Shown: positions 1-8,811, counted from the first letter of the stretch. The stretch is DNA of 64,000 bases from Candidatus Colwellbacteria bacterium (GCA_016176525.1 JACOWZ010000003.1:320001-384000), one strand, 5' to 3'. Program-made: numbers and translations. The notes: generated by a model from the sequence alone, not told the origin.

Positions 1-727
1 TCCATATATTGTATGTAGGGAGTATTAAGTAGTAAAAAAGCACAGGATGCAACAGTTGTCGGATTGTCCAAATGCGGCTGGGTAATTTTAGGGGAGCGGT
101 AAGTGTATTAATTTTTGCGGAGAGTTCACCTGAATTTGTAGTTATCATGCCGCCGAATACCGAAGAGATTACTTTATCCCGCCCAAAGCTGAATATTGCC
201 ATGTCTCCGAATGTGCCTAGTTTTTTGCCTTGATATTCTGCGCCAAGCGCATGTGCGCAGTCTTCTATTATTGGAATTCTGTGCTCGCGTGCAATTTCTA
301 AAATTTTATCCATCTGCGCGGGTATGCCGAATGTGTGCTGCACTATTATTGCGCGCGTTCGGTTGTTTATTTTTTTCTCTAAATCTTGAACAGAAATATT
401 AAAGTTGTTTTCATCAATATCCGCGTAAACCGGCGTGCCGCCTGTGGCAAGTATGGCATTTGGCACAGCAGTGCAGGTGTAGCTTTGTGTTATAACTTCG
501 TCACCTTGTTTCAGTTCCAGCGCAGAGAGCGCAATTTGCAGAGCCGCCCGCGCGCTGCGGAGTGCCCAAGCGTGCTTTGCCGGCAGGTATTTTCTGAACT
601 CTTCTTCCAGATGCGCGGTGGCATTTCCATACAGCCATTTCTTGGGGTTAAAAAGCAATTTCAGCGCCAACCCAGCATCGTCAGATTCTGTATTCGGCGA
701 TAGTCCAACAGTTATTGGCTTTGGCAT
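1..727 (-). CDS. DegT/DnrJ/EryC1/StrS family PLP-dependent aminotransferase (3' end runs off the window)
   Basis: Not in ORF track. Manual translation from ATG at 727: MPKPITVGLSPN...GDEVITQSYTCTAVPNAI...IIVQHTFGIP...IIEDCAHALGAEYQGKKLGTFGDMAIFSFGRDK, with the EDxAHA motif and the SFxxxK PLP lysine. Confidence 0.9.
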   Translation of the reverse strand, partial: MPKPITVGLSPNTESDDAGLALKLLFNPKKWLYGNATAHLEEEFRKYLPAKHAWALRSARAALQIALSALELKQGDEVITQSYTCTAVPNAILATGGTPVYADIDENNFNISVQDLEKKINNRTRAIIVQHTFGIPAQMDKILEIAREHRIPIIEDCAHALGAEYQGKKLGTFGDMAIFSFGRDKVISSVFGGMITTNSGELSAKINTLTAPLKLPSRIWTIRQLLHPVLFYYLILPTYNIW

Positions 728-2286
728 AGTTCTTTTGTTATTTTTTCGCTGATTCTGCCTTCTAAAAGCACAACGTCGCCAGATTTTGTTTCGGAGAATA
801 TTCTTTCTACTGCTTCTTTTGGATTATTGATGTTGAAAATCTTATCTTTTTTATTCCCTGCACCCTCTAAAATATCTGCAAAGTAGTCGCTAGTTGTAAT
901 TATTGCCAAATCTGCAACCTCTGCAAGTTTTGCGCCAATTTCAAGGTGGGAGTCTTCTGCAGCGGACCCGAGTTCTATAATACAGGGCATTACAACAACT
1001 TTTTTAGTATCACTCCAAGATTTTAAGTAGTCTAGGTGGGCGAGTACGCCACTTGGGTTTGCAGAGTAAGTTGAGTCAATAATATTCAACTCGTTTTTGC
1101 CGCGCTTTAGCTCCATTGTTCTAGGGAATGGTTTTATCTCTGCAATCGCGGTTTTTATATCTTTTAGGTCTAGACCAAGGCGTTTTCCAACTTCAATCGC
1201 AAGCAGTATGTTCTCTGTATTCATTGCGCCCAGAAGTTTCGTTTCAATATTTATTGAGCCTATTGTAAAAGATGTGCCTTGCGGCTCAATGCGCATATTT
1301 TTTACTTCACCCGTTAACACTTTTGGAATATCTGCTTTTTTGTAGAGTTCTGCGGAGTATTTGTTTTTACTGTTAAATATTGCAAATCCGTCTTGCGGCA
1401 AACTTTCTAAGAGCTCTTCGCCGCCCTCGCCGCGGAGCAAGTTTTGCATATTACCGAATAGCGCCAAGTGTTGCTCGTTTGCGCCTACAAACACGCCTAT
1501 ATTCGGTTTTAAGAATTTGCAGATGGTTTTTATCTCACCTTTTTTATATGCGCCCATTTCGCATATAAAAATTTCATGTTTTTTAGACACATTTTTTAGT
1601 AAGAAGTTTGCTATGCCTATTTCGGAGTTTACATGCTCTGGCGTTTTTATAATTTTAAACTTTTTATCCAAAATCTTGGCGATGATTTCTTTTGTTGTTG
1701 TTTTGCCGTAGCTGCCTACAATGCCTATAACTTGCAGTTTTTTTAATTTTTTGCGTTTGTTCTTGGCTTGCGCAAATGCAATTTTACGCAAAATAATATT
1801 TAGGGGTTTTAATGCAAAAACAATTGTGAGAGTTATAAGCGGCATTAGAATATCTGCCCCTATAAGAGGTATTGCAAACCCCACAAATGTTCCCGCCTGC
1901 GCCGAGGCTTCGGCGGGCAGGTCGCTAAGAATATATGCGTAAATGAGTATTGAAATTTGCACACCGACTAGCGCCGCTATCAGAATCATTGTTTTTTGCG
2001 TTAAAGCTGGAATTTGTAGGGGGCGATATAGTGTCCCTGCAGCTTTTATTGCGTACCAGAAAATTATTAGTGTTGCTATTGCGGGCATTTGCCATATTGC
2101 GTAGATTAGCAATATGCCAACTGCGTTTACTATAGTCAGATTCACTGCAAGTTGTTTACCTGCACTAGTCAAAAAGTGTGCGGCCATGCGGTCTAGCCTG
2201 TATTCTTTGAGTTGCACAAAGTAAAGCCAGAAAAGGCTGGATTTTATAACTGCCATAAGCCAAAGTGCGCCGAAGAAAATAAACAT
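712..2286 (-). CDS. murF: Mur ligase, MurF-like, with N-terminal multi-TM extension
   Basis: GSYGKTTTKE P-loop, CEMGAY, IIDSTYSANP, ELG and VLLEG motifs; about 160 hydrophobic N-terminal residues. Confidence 0.8.
   Translation of the reverse strand: MFIFFGALWLMAVIKSSLFWLYFVQLKEYRLDRMAAHFLTSAGKQLAVNLTIVNAVGILLIYAIWQMPAIATLIIFWYAIKAAGTLYRPLQIPALTQKTMILIAALVGVQISILIYAYILSDLPAEASAQAGTFVGFAIPLIGADILMPLITLTIVFALKPLNIILRKIAFAQAKNKRKKLKKLQVIGIVGSYGKTTTKEIIAKILDKKFKIIKTPEHVNSEIGIANFLLKNVSKKHEIFICEMGAYKKGEIKTICKFLKPNIGVFVGANEQHLALFGNMQNLLRGEGGEELLESLPQDGFAIFNSKNKYSAELYKKADIPKVLTGEVKNMRIEPQGTSFTIGSINIETKLLGAMNTENILLAIEVGKRLGLDLKDIKTAIAEIKPFPRTMELKRGKNELNIIDSTYSANPSGVLAHLDYLKSWSDTKKVVVMPCIIELGSAAEDSHLEIGAKLAEVADLAIITTSDYFADILEGAGNKKDKIFNINNPKEAVERIFSETKSGDVVLLEGRISEKITKELCQSQ
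1892..1921. repeat. GC-rich palindromic element in frame within murF (encodes LPAEASAQAG)
   Basis: CCCGCCTGCGCCGAGGCTTCGGCGGGCAGG: 30 nt forming a hairpin (CCTGC/GCAGG, GCCGA/TCGGC), much more GC-rich than the surrounding gene. Confidence 0.65.
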
Positions 2287-2991
2287 TTATTTTACAAAGT
2301 TAATAATTTTTTCTGCTAGAGTTTCGGGATATTCAAGGTTAAGTGCATGCCCTCCACCTTCTACGATTTCTAGTTTAGATCCTAGAATTTTATCTTTTAG
2401 TAGATTTGCATCTTTAATCGGAGTCATTTTATCTTTGTTTCCCCAAATTATTAGCGTTGGTGGTTTTATTTTGCTAAGTTCCGGGGTTAAGTCTTCTTTT
2501 ATTACATTTACGAAAGTGTCGCGCATAACACCGTCTGTTCGCAGATAATCGTTTTCACGGACTATAAACCTGTAAAAAAGTTTCCGTAGAATTTTAATTT
2601 TTGAAAGAGGCCAGCCAATTTTTGCAACCGCACCCAAGAATTTTTTGTATAGTGTTTTTTTGCGTTTTATGCGCGCTGCGGCAATAAGCACAAGTTTTTC
2701 TACAAGCTCCGGATGTTCTATAGCTAGCTTCATAGCAAGCCCTCCGCCGAATGAATGACCCACTACATAGAATGGAGTTTTAAGTTTTAAGTTTTTAGTA
2801 AAGTTTAAAACCCAGTTTAAGTAATCTTTTCCGGTCCAGGCGCGTGGCGGTGGAGGTTCGTCGCCAAACCCTGGCATATCCGGCACAAGCACATTAAAGC
2901 CTTTTTTAGATACTAAATTTGCAACCTTTTCCCAAGATTTTTTTGAACTTCCCCACCCGTGCAGAATAAGAATTGTTTTTTGGTTCGCCAC
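2287..2991 (-). CDS. alpha/beta hydrolase
   Basis: HGWG, DMPGFG, GHSFGG nucleophile elbow, WGNKD, GGH. Confidence 0.9.
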   Translation of the reverse strand: MANQKTILILHGWGSSKKSWEKVANLVSKKGFNVLVPDMPGFGDEPPPPRAWTGKDYLNWVLNFTKNLKLKTPFYVVGHSFGGGLAMKLAIEHPELVEKLVLIAAARIKRKKTLYKKFLGAVAKIGWPLSKIKILRKLFYRFIVRENDYLRTDGVMRDTFVNVIKEDLTPELSKIKPPTLIIWGNKDKMTPIKDANLLKDKILGSKLEIVEGGGHALNLEYPETLAEKIINFVK

Positions 2992-3013
2992 AGTATCTTA
3001 GTATAATCAATAA

Positions 3014-3751
3014 ATGGTTGTAGAGCCAATTAAAACAAGGGTTTTTAAAGAGAGTGAGAGCCTTGTTCCTTTTATAAAAAAGAATGTTCTGCGTTTGCCG
3101 GAGCGTTCTATTTTAGTGATAACACAGAAGATAGTTTCTTTGTCTGAAGGGCGCATACGCGAGCTAGAGAACGAGCGCACCCGCGACAAGATTATTAAAG
3201 AAGAGAGCGACCTTGCGATTAGAACAAAATATACTTGGCTTACAATAAAAGATGGCACAGTAATGTCTTCTGCTGGTGTTGATGAATCTAATGCAAACGG
3301 CAAACTTGTGCTTTTGCCGCGCGATAGTTTTGCAAGCGCCGCGCGCATTCGAAAAGAGTTGCAAAAAATCTACAAAGTTAAGCGTCTTGGGGTTTTGATA
3401 ACGGACAGCCGGCTTTTGCCGTTGCGTGCCGGAGTTGTGGGCGTTGCGCTGGGCTATGCGGGGTTTAAGGGCGTGCGCGACTATCGCGGCAAGCCCGATA
3501 TCTTTGGCCGCAAACTTAAGCTTTCTAGAACTGATGTTGCAGACAGCTTAGCTACAGCTGCGGTTTTAGAGATGGGGGAAGCCGCCGAACAGCAGCCGAT
3601 CGCGATTATAAAAAATGCGCAGGTTGAGTTTACCGAACGCGTAAACCGCAAGGAATTGCATATAGACCCAAAAGACGATGTCTACGCGCCGATGTTTAAA
3701 AAAGTTTTAGATATAAAATTTGAAAAAAAGAAAAAAACTGGTAAGTTGTAG
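3014..3751 (+). CDS. CofE-family gamma-glutamyl ligase (F420-0/folate)
   Basis: ITQKIVSLSEGR, SAGVDESN, ITDS...R.GV.GVALG, DYRGKPDIFGR, VADSLA...MGE.AEQQP. Confidence 0.85.
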   Translation: MVVEPIKTRVFKESESLVPFIKKNVLRLPERSILVITQKIVSLSEGRIRELENERTRDKIIKEESDLAIRTKYTWLTIKDGTVMSSAGVDESNANGKLVLLPRDSFASAARIRKELQKIYKVKRLGVLITDSRLLPLRAGVVGVALGYAGFKGVRDYRGKPDIFGRKLKLSRTDVADSLATAAVLEMGEAAEQQPIAIIKNAQVEFTERVNRKELHIDPKDDVYAPMFKKVLDIKFEKKKKTGKL

Positions 3752-3764
3752 CTGGTGAATTGTT

Positions 3765-5171
3765 GTGGAAACAAGCACTTTTACAGTAGAAAAAACAAAA
3801 ACACGTGACCAATACGACAGTCTCTCCCCGGTTGACTACAGGTACTGGGATGAAGAAGTAGCAAAGTATCTTTCTGAGAACGGGTTTACCCGCTACAAAC
3901 TCCTTGTGGAGCTTGCGCTTGTAAGAGTACTACATCGCCGCGGAATTTGTCCCGAAGCTGCAGTCAAAGAAGTTGAGGCCGCTTGCAGTCAAGTTACGAC
4001 CGCAGAAGTGTACGAGGAAGAAGACCGAATCCGACACGACATCCGTGCGCTCGTGAATCGTGTTCGTGCTAAAGTCAGTGATGCAACGAAGCCGTATGTC
4101 CACATGACGGCGACTTCGTACGACATAATTGATCCAGCGAATGCGGCTCGCTACAAAGATGCGGTACAAAACGTTCTCGTTCCTTCTCTTGTGAAGTTGG
4201 AGGGCGTGCTCATTAATACCGCACTTCGTGAAGCGAAGACTGTGCAGGTTGGCAGAACACATGGCCAGCATGCCGTTCCGATTACGTTTGGTTTCGCGCT
4301 TGCCGGATATATCAGCCGTCTCGGCGGCTCCATTGAAGCGCTGAAATCACTCGCGTTAGAACTCCCCGGAAAGTTTTCGGGAGCAGTTGGAGCGTACAAC
4401 GCTTCCTCGCTGTTCTTCGACGAACCCGAAAATTTCGAGACGGAAGTGCTCGCTGAGTTGGGGCTAACGCCGGCAGAACATTCGACGCAAATCGTACCGC
4501 CGGAGGCGTTGACTCGTCTCTTCTGCGAAGTAACGATTTCGGCGGGCGTACTTGCTAACTTGTCGGACGACATGCGGAATCTACAGCGTACAGAAATCGG
4601 AGAAGTGGGCGAAGAGTTTGAAGCAGCGCAAGTCGGTTCCTCGACTATGCCGCAGAAGCGCAACCCCATCAACTTCGAGAACGCAAAGAGCTGCTGGAAA
4701 ATCGTTGCGCCGCGAATCGTAACGGTGTTCATGGATCAAATAAGCGAGCATCAGCGCGACCTTACTAATTCTGCCTCCGCGCGGACATATGGCGAGGTTG
4801 TCGCTTATGTGGTTTCAACCGCAAAGCGGCTGGCACGCACGATGAAGAAGCTCACCGTTGATCGCGGCAACTTGGAGCGCAACCTTGCCATGCAAAAGGG
4901 CTTGGTAGTTGCGGAGCCGCTCTACATTGTTCTCGCCGCGTTGGGGCATCCCGACGCACACGAGAAGGTGCGGATACTCACGCTTCAAGCGCAAAGCGAA
5001 GCGCGACCACTCGAAGAAGTTGTGGTCGAAGATGCAGAGATGCAGGACTATCTTAAAAAGATGACGCCGTATCAACGGGGGATTCTCTCGAACCCGTCTC
5101 TTTATACGGGCATCGCCGCCAAAAAAGCAAAGGCGGTTGCGGAAAGATGGAAGCAAAAACTAGGGGTCTAG
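3765..5171 (+). CDS. purB: adenylosuccinate lyase
   Basis: SPVDYRY, RHD, TSYDI.D, GRTHGQHA.P.TFG, GAVG, GSSTMPQKRNP fumarate-lyase signature, HQRDLTNS. Confidence 0.92.
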   Translation: METSTFTVEKTKTRDQYDSLSPVDYRYWDEEVAKYLSENGFTRYKLLVELALVRVLHRRGICPEAAVKEVEAACSQVTTAEVYEEEDRIRHDIRALVNRVRAKVSDATKPYVHMTATSYDIIDPANAARYKDAVQNVLVPSLVKLEGVLINTALREAKTVQVGRTHGQHAVPITFGFALAGYISRLGGSIEALKSLALELPGKFSGAVGAYNASSLFFDEPENFETEVLAELGLTPAEHSTQIVPPEALTRLFCEVTISAGVLANLSDDMRNLQRTEIGEVGEEFEAAQVGSSTMPQKRNPINFENAKSCWKIVAPRIVTVFMDQISEHQRDLTNSASARTYGEVVAYVVSTAKRLARTMKKLTVDRGNLERNLAMQKGLVVAEPLYIVLAALGHPDAHEKVRILTLQAQSEARPLEEVVVEDAEMQDYLKKMTPYQRGILSNPSLYTGIAAKKAKAVAERWKQKLGV

Positions 5172-5181
5172 TCCAACCCAC

Positions 5182-5220
5182 GGGCGTTGTCATTTATTCG
5201 GCAACGCCCTTTTTATTTTT
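5182..5220 (+). terminator. intrinsic terminator after purB
   Basis: GGGCGTTG...CAACGCCC stem followed by TTTTTATTTTT. Confidence 0.75.
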
Positions 5221-5221
5221 G

Positions 5222-5292
5222 AGCGGGATACGGGAATCGAACCCGTGCCATGACTTTGGAAAAGTCATGTACTGCCATTATACTAATCCCGC
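5222..5292 (-). tRNA. tRNA-Gly(TCC)
   Basis: GCGGGAT/ATCCCGC acceptor stem, TGACT-TTTCCAA-AGTCA anticodon arm, GGTTCGATTCC T-arm; CCA not encoded. Confidence 0.95.
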
Positions 5293-5329
5293 AGAAACTT
5301 TATTATGGTTAATTGTTATTTGTTAATTG

Positions 5330-5515
5330 TCAATTGTTATCGCGTGGCGGTGGGCTAGTGGGGCCTTTTACGCTCGGTGGGCTTGTTGGGCCGCCTTCGG
5401 TGGGCGGGCCTTCGGTTGGGCCGGTTGGCGCCTCTGTGCGCTCTTGTGAAAGTATTAATACTCCCAAAATCACTACAGCTACTATTATAATTACCGCCCA
5501 AATTTTTTTGGTCAT
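5330..5515 (-). CDS. small single-TM protein with Pro/Thr/Gly-rich tail
   Basis: MTKKIWAVIIIVAVVILGVLIL followed by PTGPTEGPPTEGGPTSPP; fills the gap between the two tRNAs on the same strand. Confidence 0.65.
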   Translation of the reverse strand: MTKKIWAVIIIVAVVILGVLILSQERTEAPTGPTEGPPTEGGPTSPPSVKGPTSPPPRDNN

Positions 5516-5517
5516 TG

Positions 5518-5589
5518 TGCTCCCGTGAGGAATCGAACCTCAATTACAAGATCCGCAATCTTGCGTCCTATCCGTTGAACGACGGGAGC
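5518..5589 (-). tRNA. tRNA-Arg(GCG)
   Basis: GCTCCCG/CGGGAGC acceptor stem, CAAGA-TTGCGGA-TCTTG anticodon arm, GGTTCGATTCC T-arm. Confidence 0.95.
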
Positions 5590-5855
5590 TATTTACTTGC
5601 TATCTTAAGATAGCCGTCTTTAATGATCTTTTCAAGATAATCTTTTCTCTTAAACTTCTTTAACCTTTTCTCTAGTTGTCTTGCCTCAGAAATTGTTGCT
5701 AGCTTTTGTGCAAAAACCAAAGTTGTTGCTTTTATATTATTAGTTGCGCGTCCATAACCCGCTTTGTGCTGTTTCAATCTACGATTTATATTAGCGGTGC
5801 TTCCGATGTAAAATTTCCCTTTATTGCCTTGGAGTATGTATACAAACCCACTCAT
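5589..5855 (-). CDS. small GIY-YIG nuclease family protein
   Basis: FVYIL...FYIGST.N..RRL.QH..G, EAR.LEK.LK. Confidence 0.88.
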   Translation of the reverse strand: MSGFVYILQGNKGKFYIGSTANINRRLKQHKAGYGRATNNIKATTLVFAQKLATISEARQLEKRLKKFKRKDYLEKIIKDGYLKIASK

Positions 5856-5866
5856 TTTCTTATCCG

Positions 5867-5927
5867 CTCCGACGATCTTCGATGTCGGAGTAAATTGAAC
5901 GACTTGCCCCGACCGAAGCGTCGGGGC
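5867..5927. repeat. two adjacent CCGAC...GTCGG palindromes
   Basis: CTCCGAC-N10-GTCGGAG (5867-5890) and GCCCCGAC-N6-GTCGGGGC (5906-5927). Confidence 0.65.
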
Positions 5928-5934
5928 GGGAGCT

Positions 5935-6384
5935 TTATATCTTTAAGAATTTCCCGAGTGTGTCCAGTATTGACACCTCATATTCTACCTCTTTGATTAA
6001 ATTATTCAATCGGGCGCGGATTTTCGCAGATTCTTTAATAGGTATTTTTATCGGCAGCTGGAATTTGCCGACTGGAGTAAAGGTTAAAAAACTTCTATTC
6101 CCTTCTTCGTATATTGAATAACTTTCTATATCTTTATAGTTCCACTTTTTGTGACTTAGGCTTATGCCTGTGCCATCTACCAAGAGTGTTATTAGGTTTG
6201 GCTTGCGCGCGGCGCGCATTTCTAAAACAATCCAAATTACAAACATAAGCGCCGAGAATGTGTAATTTGAAGTCATATATCCTAATACAATAAGCAAGAT
6301 TGCCTCTACGCCGATAAAAGCGTGCCACCAGATGCCTTTTGTACGATATTCAAACTCCGGAACCAACATCTCAACGTCTTCCAT
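5935..6384 (-). CDS. hypothetical 2-TM membrane protein with soluble C-terminal domain
   Basis: Start moved to ATG 6384 (MEDVEMLVPEFEYR...) because the longer ORF overlaps the pfkB-family gene; two TM helices followed by a beta-rich domain. Confidence 0.7.
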   Translation of the reverse strand: MEDVEMLVPEFEYRTKGIWWHAFIGVEAILLIVLGYMTSNYTFSALMFVIWIVLEMRAARKPNLITLLVDGTGISLSHKKWNYKDIESYSIYEEGNRSFLTFTPVGKFQLPIKIPIKESAKIRARLNNLIKEVEYEVSILDTLGKFLKI

Positions 6385-6403
6385 ATAATGTATACTATAT
6401 AAT

Positions 6404-7423
6404 ATGTTTGATGTTATCGCGATAGGTTCAACAACGCACGACTCCTTTTTTAAAACGGATTTTAAGACTATTGATTGGAACACGCCGAGCAAAAAGGCAA
6501 TGATATTGCCGCTTGGCGAGAAAATCGGTGTGGAAGAAGTTTTTTCAACTTCCGGCGGCAATGCCGCAAACGCGGCTGTTACTTTTGCTCGCCACAAACT
6601 AAAAATTGCTCTTTTTACCCGTGTTGGCATAGATCCATTAAGCGAAGAAGTTATAAAGTTTTTAAGAGGCGAGAAAATTAATGTTAAGTTTGTTGCACGT
6701 TCAGAGAAACTTCCAGGCGCGCGCTCTGTGCTTTTTTTGCAAGACGGCGAGCGCACAATAATAAGCCACCACGGGGCAATAGATGAATTCTCGGAGCATG
6801 ATATAAATTTCTCCGAATTAGATAGTAAGTGGCTGTATATGTCTTTTCCAGGGAATTCTTACAAGATGTGTACCCGCCTTTTGAACCATGCGAATAAGAA
6901 TAAAATTTTAACGGCTCTTAACCCGAGCTACAAACAACTTACAGAAGGGAAGTCTGAGCTTCTAAAAAATCTGCCTAAACTTGATGTGCTTTTTGTAAAC
7001 GATGGCGAGGCGGCAACCTTAGTTGATGTTCCATTTACACACCATAAGGCGGTTTTTAGGCGCATAGACGAGCTTATGTCGCCTGGGATTGTTGTTGTAA
7101 CTTTAGGCAAAAAAGGTGTTATGGTTTCCGACGGTAAACAAATTTACAAAGCGGGGGTTTTCCCAGAGCGCGAGGTTGCAGACCGCACAGGTGCGGGCGA
7201 TGCATTTGGCTCCGGTTTTATAGCGGGTTTAATTGATGCTGCAAAAAAGAGTGGGAGTGATGAGTTTACGCCCGAGAATATAAAACACGCAATTACATTT
7301 GCTTCGGCAAATGCAACTTCGGTGGTAGAGTACGTTGGCGCGACACCGGGAATTTTACGGAAAGATGATTTTGAAAAATCATCTCGTTGGAAAGAATTTA
7401 AAATAGAAATAAACGATGCTTGA
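6404..7423 (+). CDS. PfkB/ribokinase family carbohydrate kinase
   Basis: GGNAANAA, NDGEA, VTLGKKG, DRTGAGDAFGSGF. Confidence 0.92.
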   Translation: MFDVIAIGSTTHDSFFKTDFKTIDWNTPSKKAMILPLGEKIGVEEVFSTSGGNAANAAVTFARHKLKIALFTRVGIDPLSEEVIKFLRGEKINVKFVARSEKLPGARSVLFLQDGERTIISHHGAIDEFSEHDINFSELDSKWLYMSFPGNSYKMCTRLLNHANKNKILTALNPSYKQLTEGKSELLKNLPKLDVLFVNDGEAATLVDVPFTHHKAVFRRIDELMSPGIVVVTLGKKGVMVSDGKQIYKAGVFPEREVADRTGAGDAFGSGFIAGLIDAAKKSGSDEFTPENIKHAITFASANATSVVEYVGATPGILRKDDFEKSSRWKEFKIEINDA

Positions 7424-8684
7424 CCATCATTTAGAAAAATTAGCGGGAATCTTAAGGGTTGATAAAGCTTTGTTTCGCGAGCTTGAAGAAAAGCTCTCCG
7501 AACGCACAGGCAAACCGCATGCTATAGATAAAATTGCCGAAGAAAACGACAAAATTATATCCGACCGGCTAATGCGCCTTGGCCTAAACCGCAACTCTTC
7601 TGCAAAAGAAGTGTACGACGCGATTATTTCAAAGATTGAGTCAGATGATAAAAGTCTTTTTAAGGCTATTGGTTTATCAAACCAAGAGGGTAAGGCGGCG
7701 GCGGACAAAATATGCCAATTTGTAACAAAGATTTCTCCGCTAAAGAAAGGATTTTTCCTTAAAAAAGAAAAAGCGCGTGAGTTTTTGGTAAATGTCCCGC
7801 CAAAAAAGATAATGGAATCTCTTGGATATACGAATGTTGAAGAGATGTTGAACAAAGAAGATTTAATGGAAGTTTTTGCAGCTCTGCGTTTTTTGGAAGA
7901 CGGCGAGTGGTTAAATACTATCTTTTTCAAACAATACGAGCTTTTGTCAGCGCATGATTTTGAAGAGCGTCCGATTGAGGTGCGCGCGTTAAACGAAAAG
8001 TGGGCTAAGGCGGCGGAGAAATTTATGATGAAGAAGCACCACAATGTTAGCCACTTAAAAGAGCTTGGAATGATTTTTGTAATTCCAACTTTTTCAGACA
8101 CTTCTGGTGAAACCCTGCGTCTTTTAAGCCTTTTGATGCACTATTTCCACGAGGTTAAATACTATTCGGATTTGTTTGAAGTGTTTAAAAAAGAATCCGG
8201 TTTTGCGCTTAGCGTAATATCGCTTTTGCGCGGCGATGTTGCAGAAGAGCGCGGGTTCTTAAAACCCGAGGATGTAGGCGGCACAAGATTTTTGATAGTG
8301 CAAAGATATTTGGCAAAGGCAGACGAATATGACTGGCGCTTGTTCGTGCCCCATATTAACCCGGAGGCAATGCATTGGGCGAGGGCAGAGAAAGATATTG
8401 TAAATATTTCCAAAGCGGTGCCGGAATTTGAGGGTGGGTTGGATTTTTGGGAAGGTTTAGATTGGGTTGGGGACTACTTTGTAACCGAGAGCGGGCAGAG
8501 AGTGCTTGTTAGTTTTGATTTGGTAGACGCGGTTATGAGTTTGGTAAAACGTGGGGAGCTTACAAAGTATTTGTACCACCACCAAGAGGCGCTTTGGAAT
8601 AAAATATTTACAGAATATTTCGGCGAAGAAATGATGATTAAATCAATTCAAGAGAATATCGTAAGAGGATGGTTTGAAGTATAA
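7416..8684 (+). CDS. hypothetical protein in the pfkB-fba cluster
   Basis: 422-aa ORF overlapping the pfkB stop; native-looking codon usage; no family recognised. Confidence 0.8.
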   Translation: MLDHHLEKLAGILRVDKALFRELEEKLSERTGKPHAIDKIAEENDKIISDRLMRLGLNRNSSAKEVYDAIISKIESDDKSLFKAIGLSNQEGKAAADKICQFVTKISPLKKGFFLKKEKAREFLVNVPPKKIMESLGYTNVEEMLNKEDLMEVFAALRFLEDGEWLNTIFFKQYELLSAHDFEERPIEVRALNEKWAKAAEKFMMKKHHNVSHLKELGMIFVIPTFSDTSGETLRLLSLLMHYFHEVKYYSDLFEVFKKESGFALSVISLLRGDVAEERGFLKPEDVGGTRFLIVQRYLAKADEYDWRLFVPHINPEAMHWARAEKDIVNISKAVPEFEGGLDFWEGLDWVGDYFVTESGQRVLVSFDLVDAVMSLVKRGELTKYLYHHQEALWNKIFTEYFGEEMMIKSIQENIVRGWFEV

Positions 8685-8811
8685 ATTTACAATGCAAATT
8701 TATACTTTAATTTCTAATTTCTAAGTCCTAATTTCTAACCAAGATCTAATTACTTAATACTTAAATAAATAAAACTTCAATAGAAATTAATACTTAAGTC
8801 TTAAAACTTAC

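Noticed and set aside
196-703. Two + strand ORFs at the window start
   Set aside because: Antisense to the DegT-family aminotransferase, which the ORF track missed because it lacks a stop inside the window.
6385-6756. N-terminal extension of ORF 5935..6756
   Set aside because: Overlaps the pfkB-family gene on the opposite strand; a better start exists at 6384.
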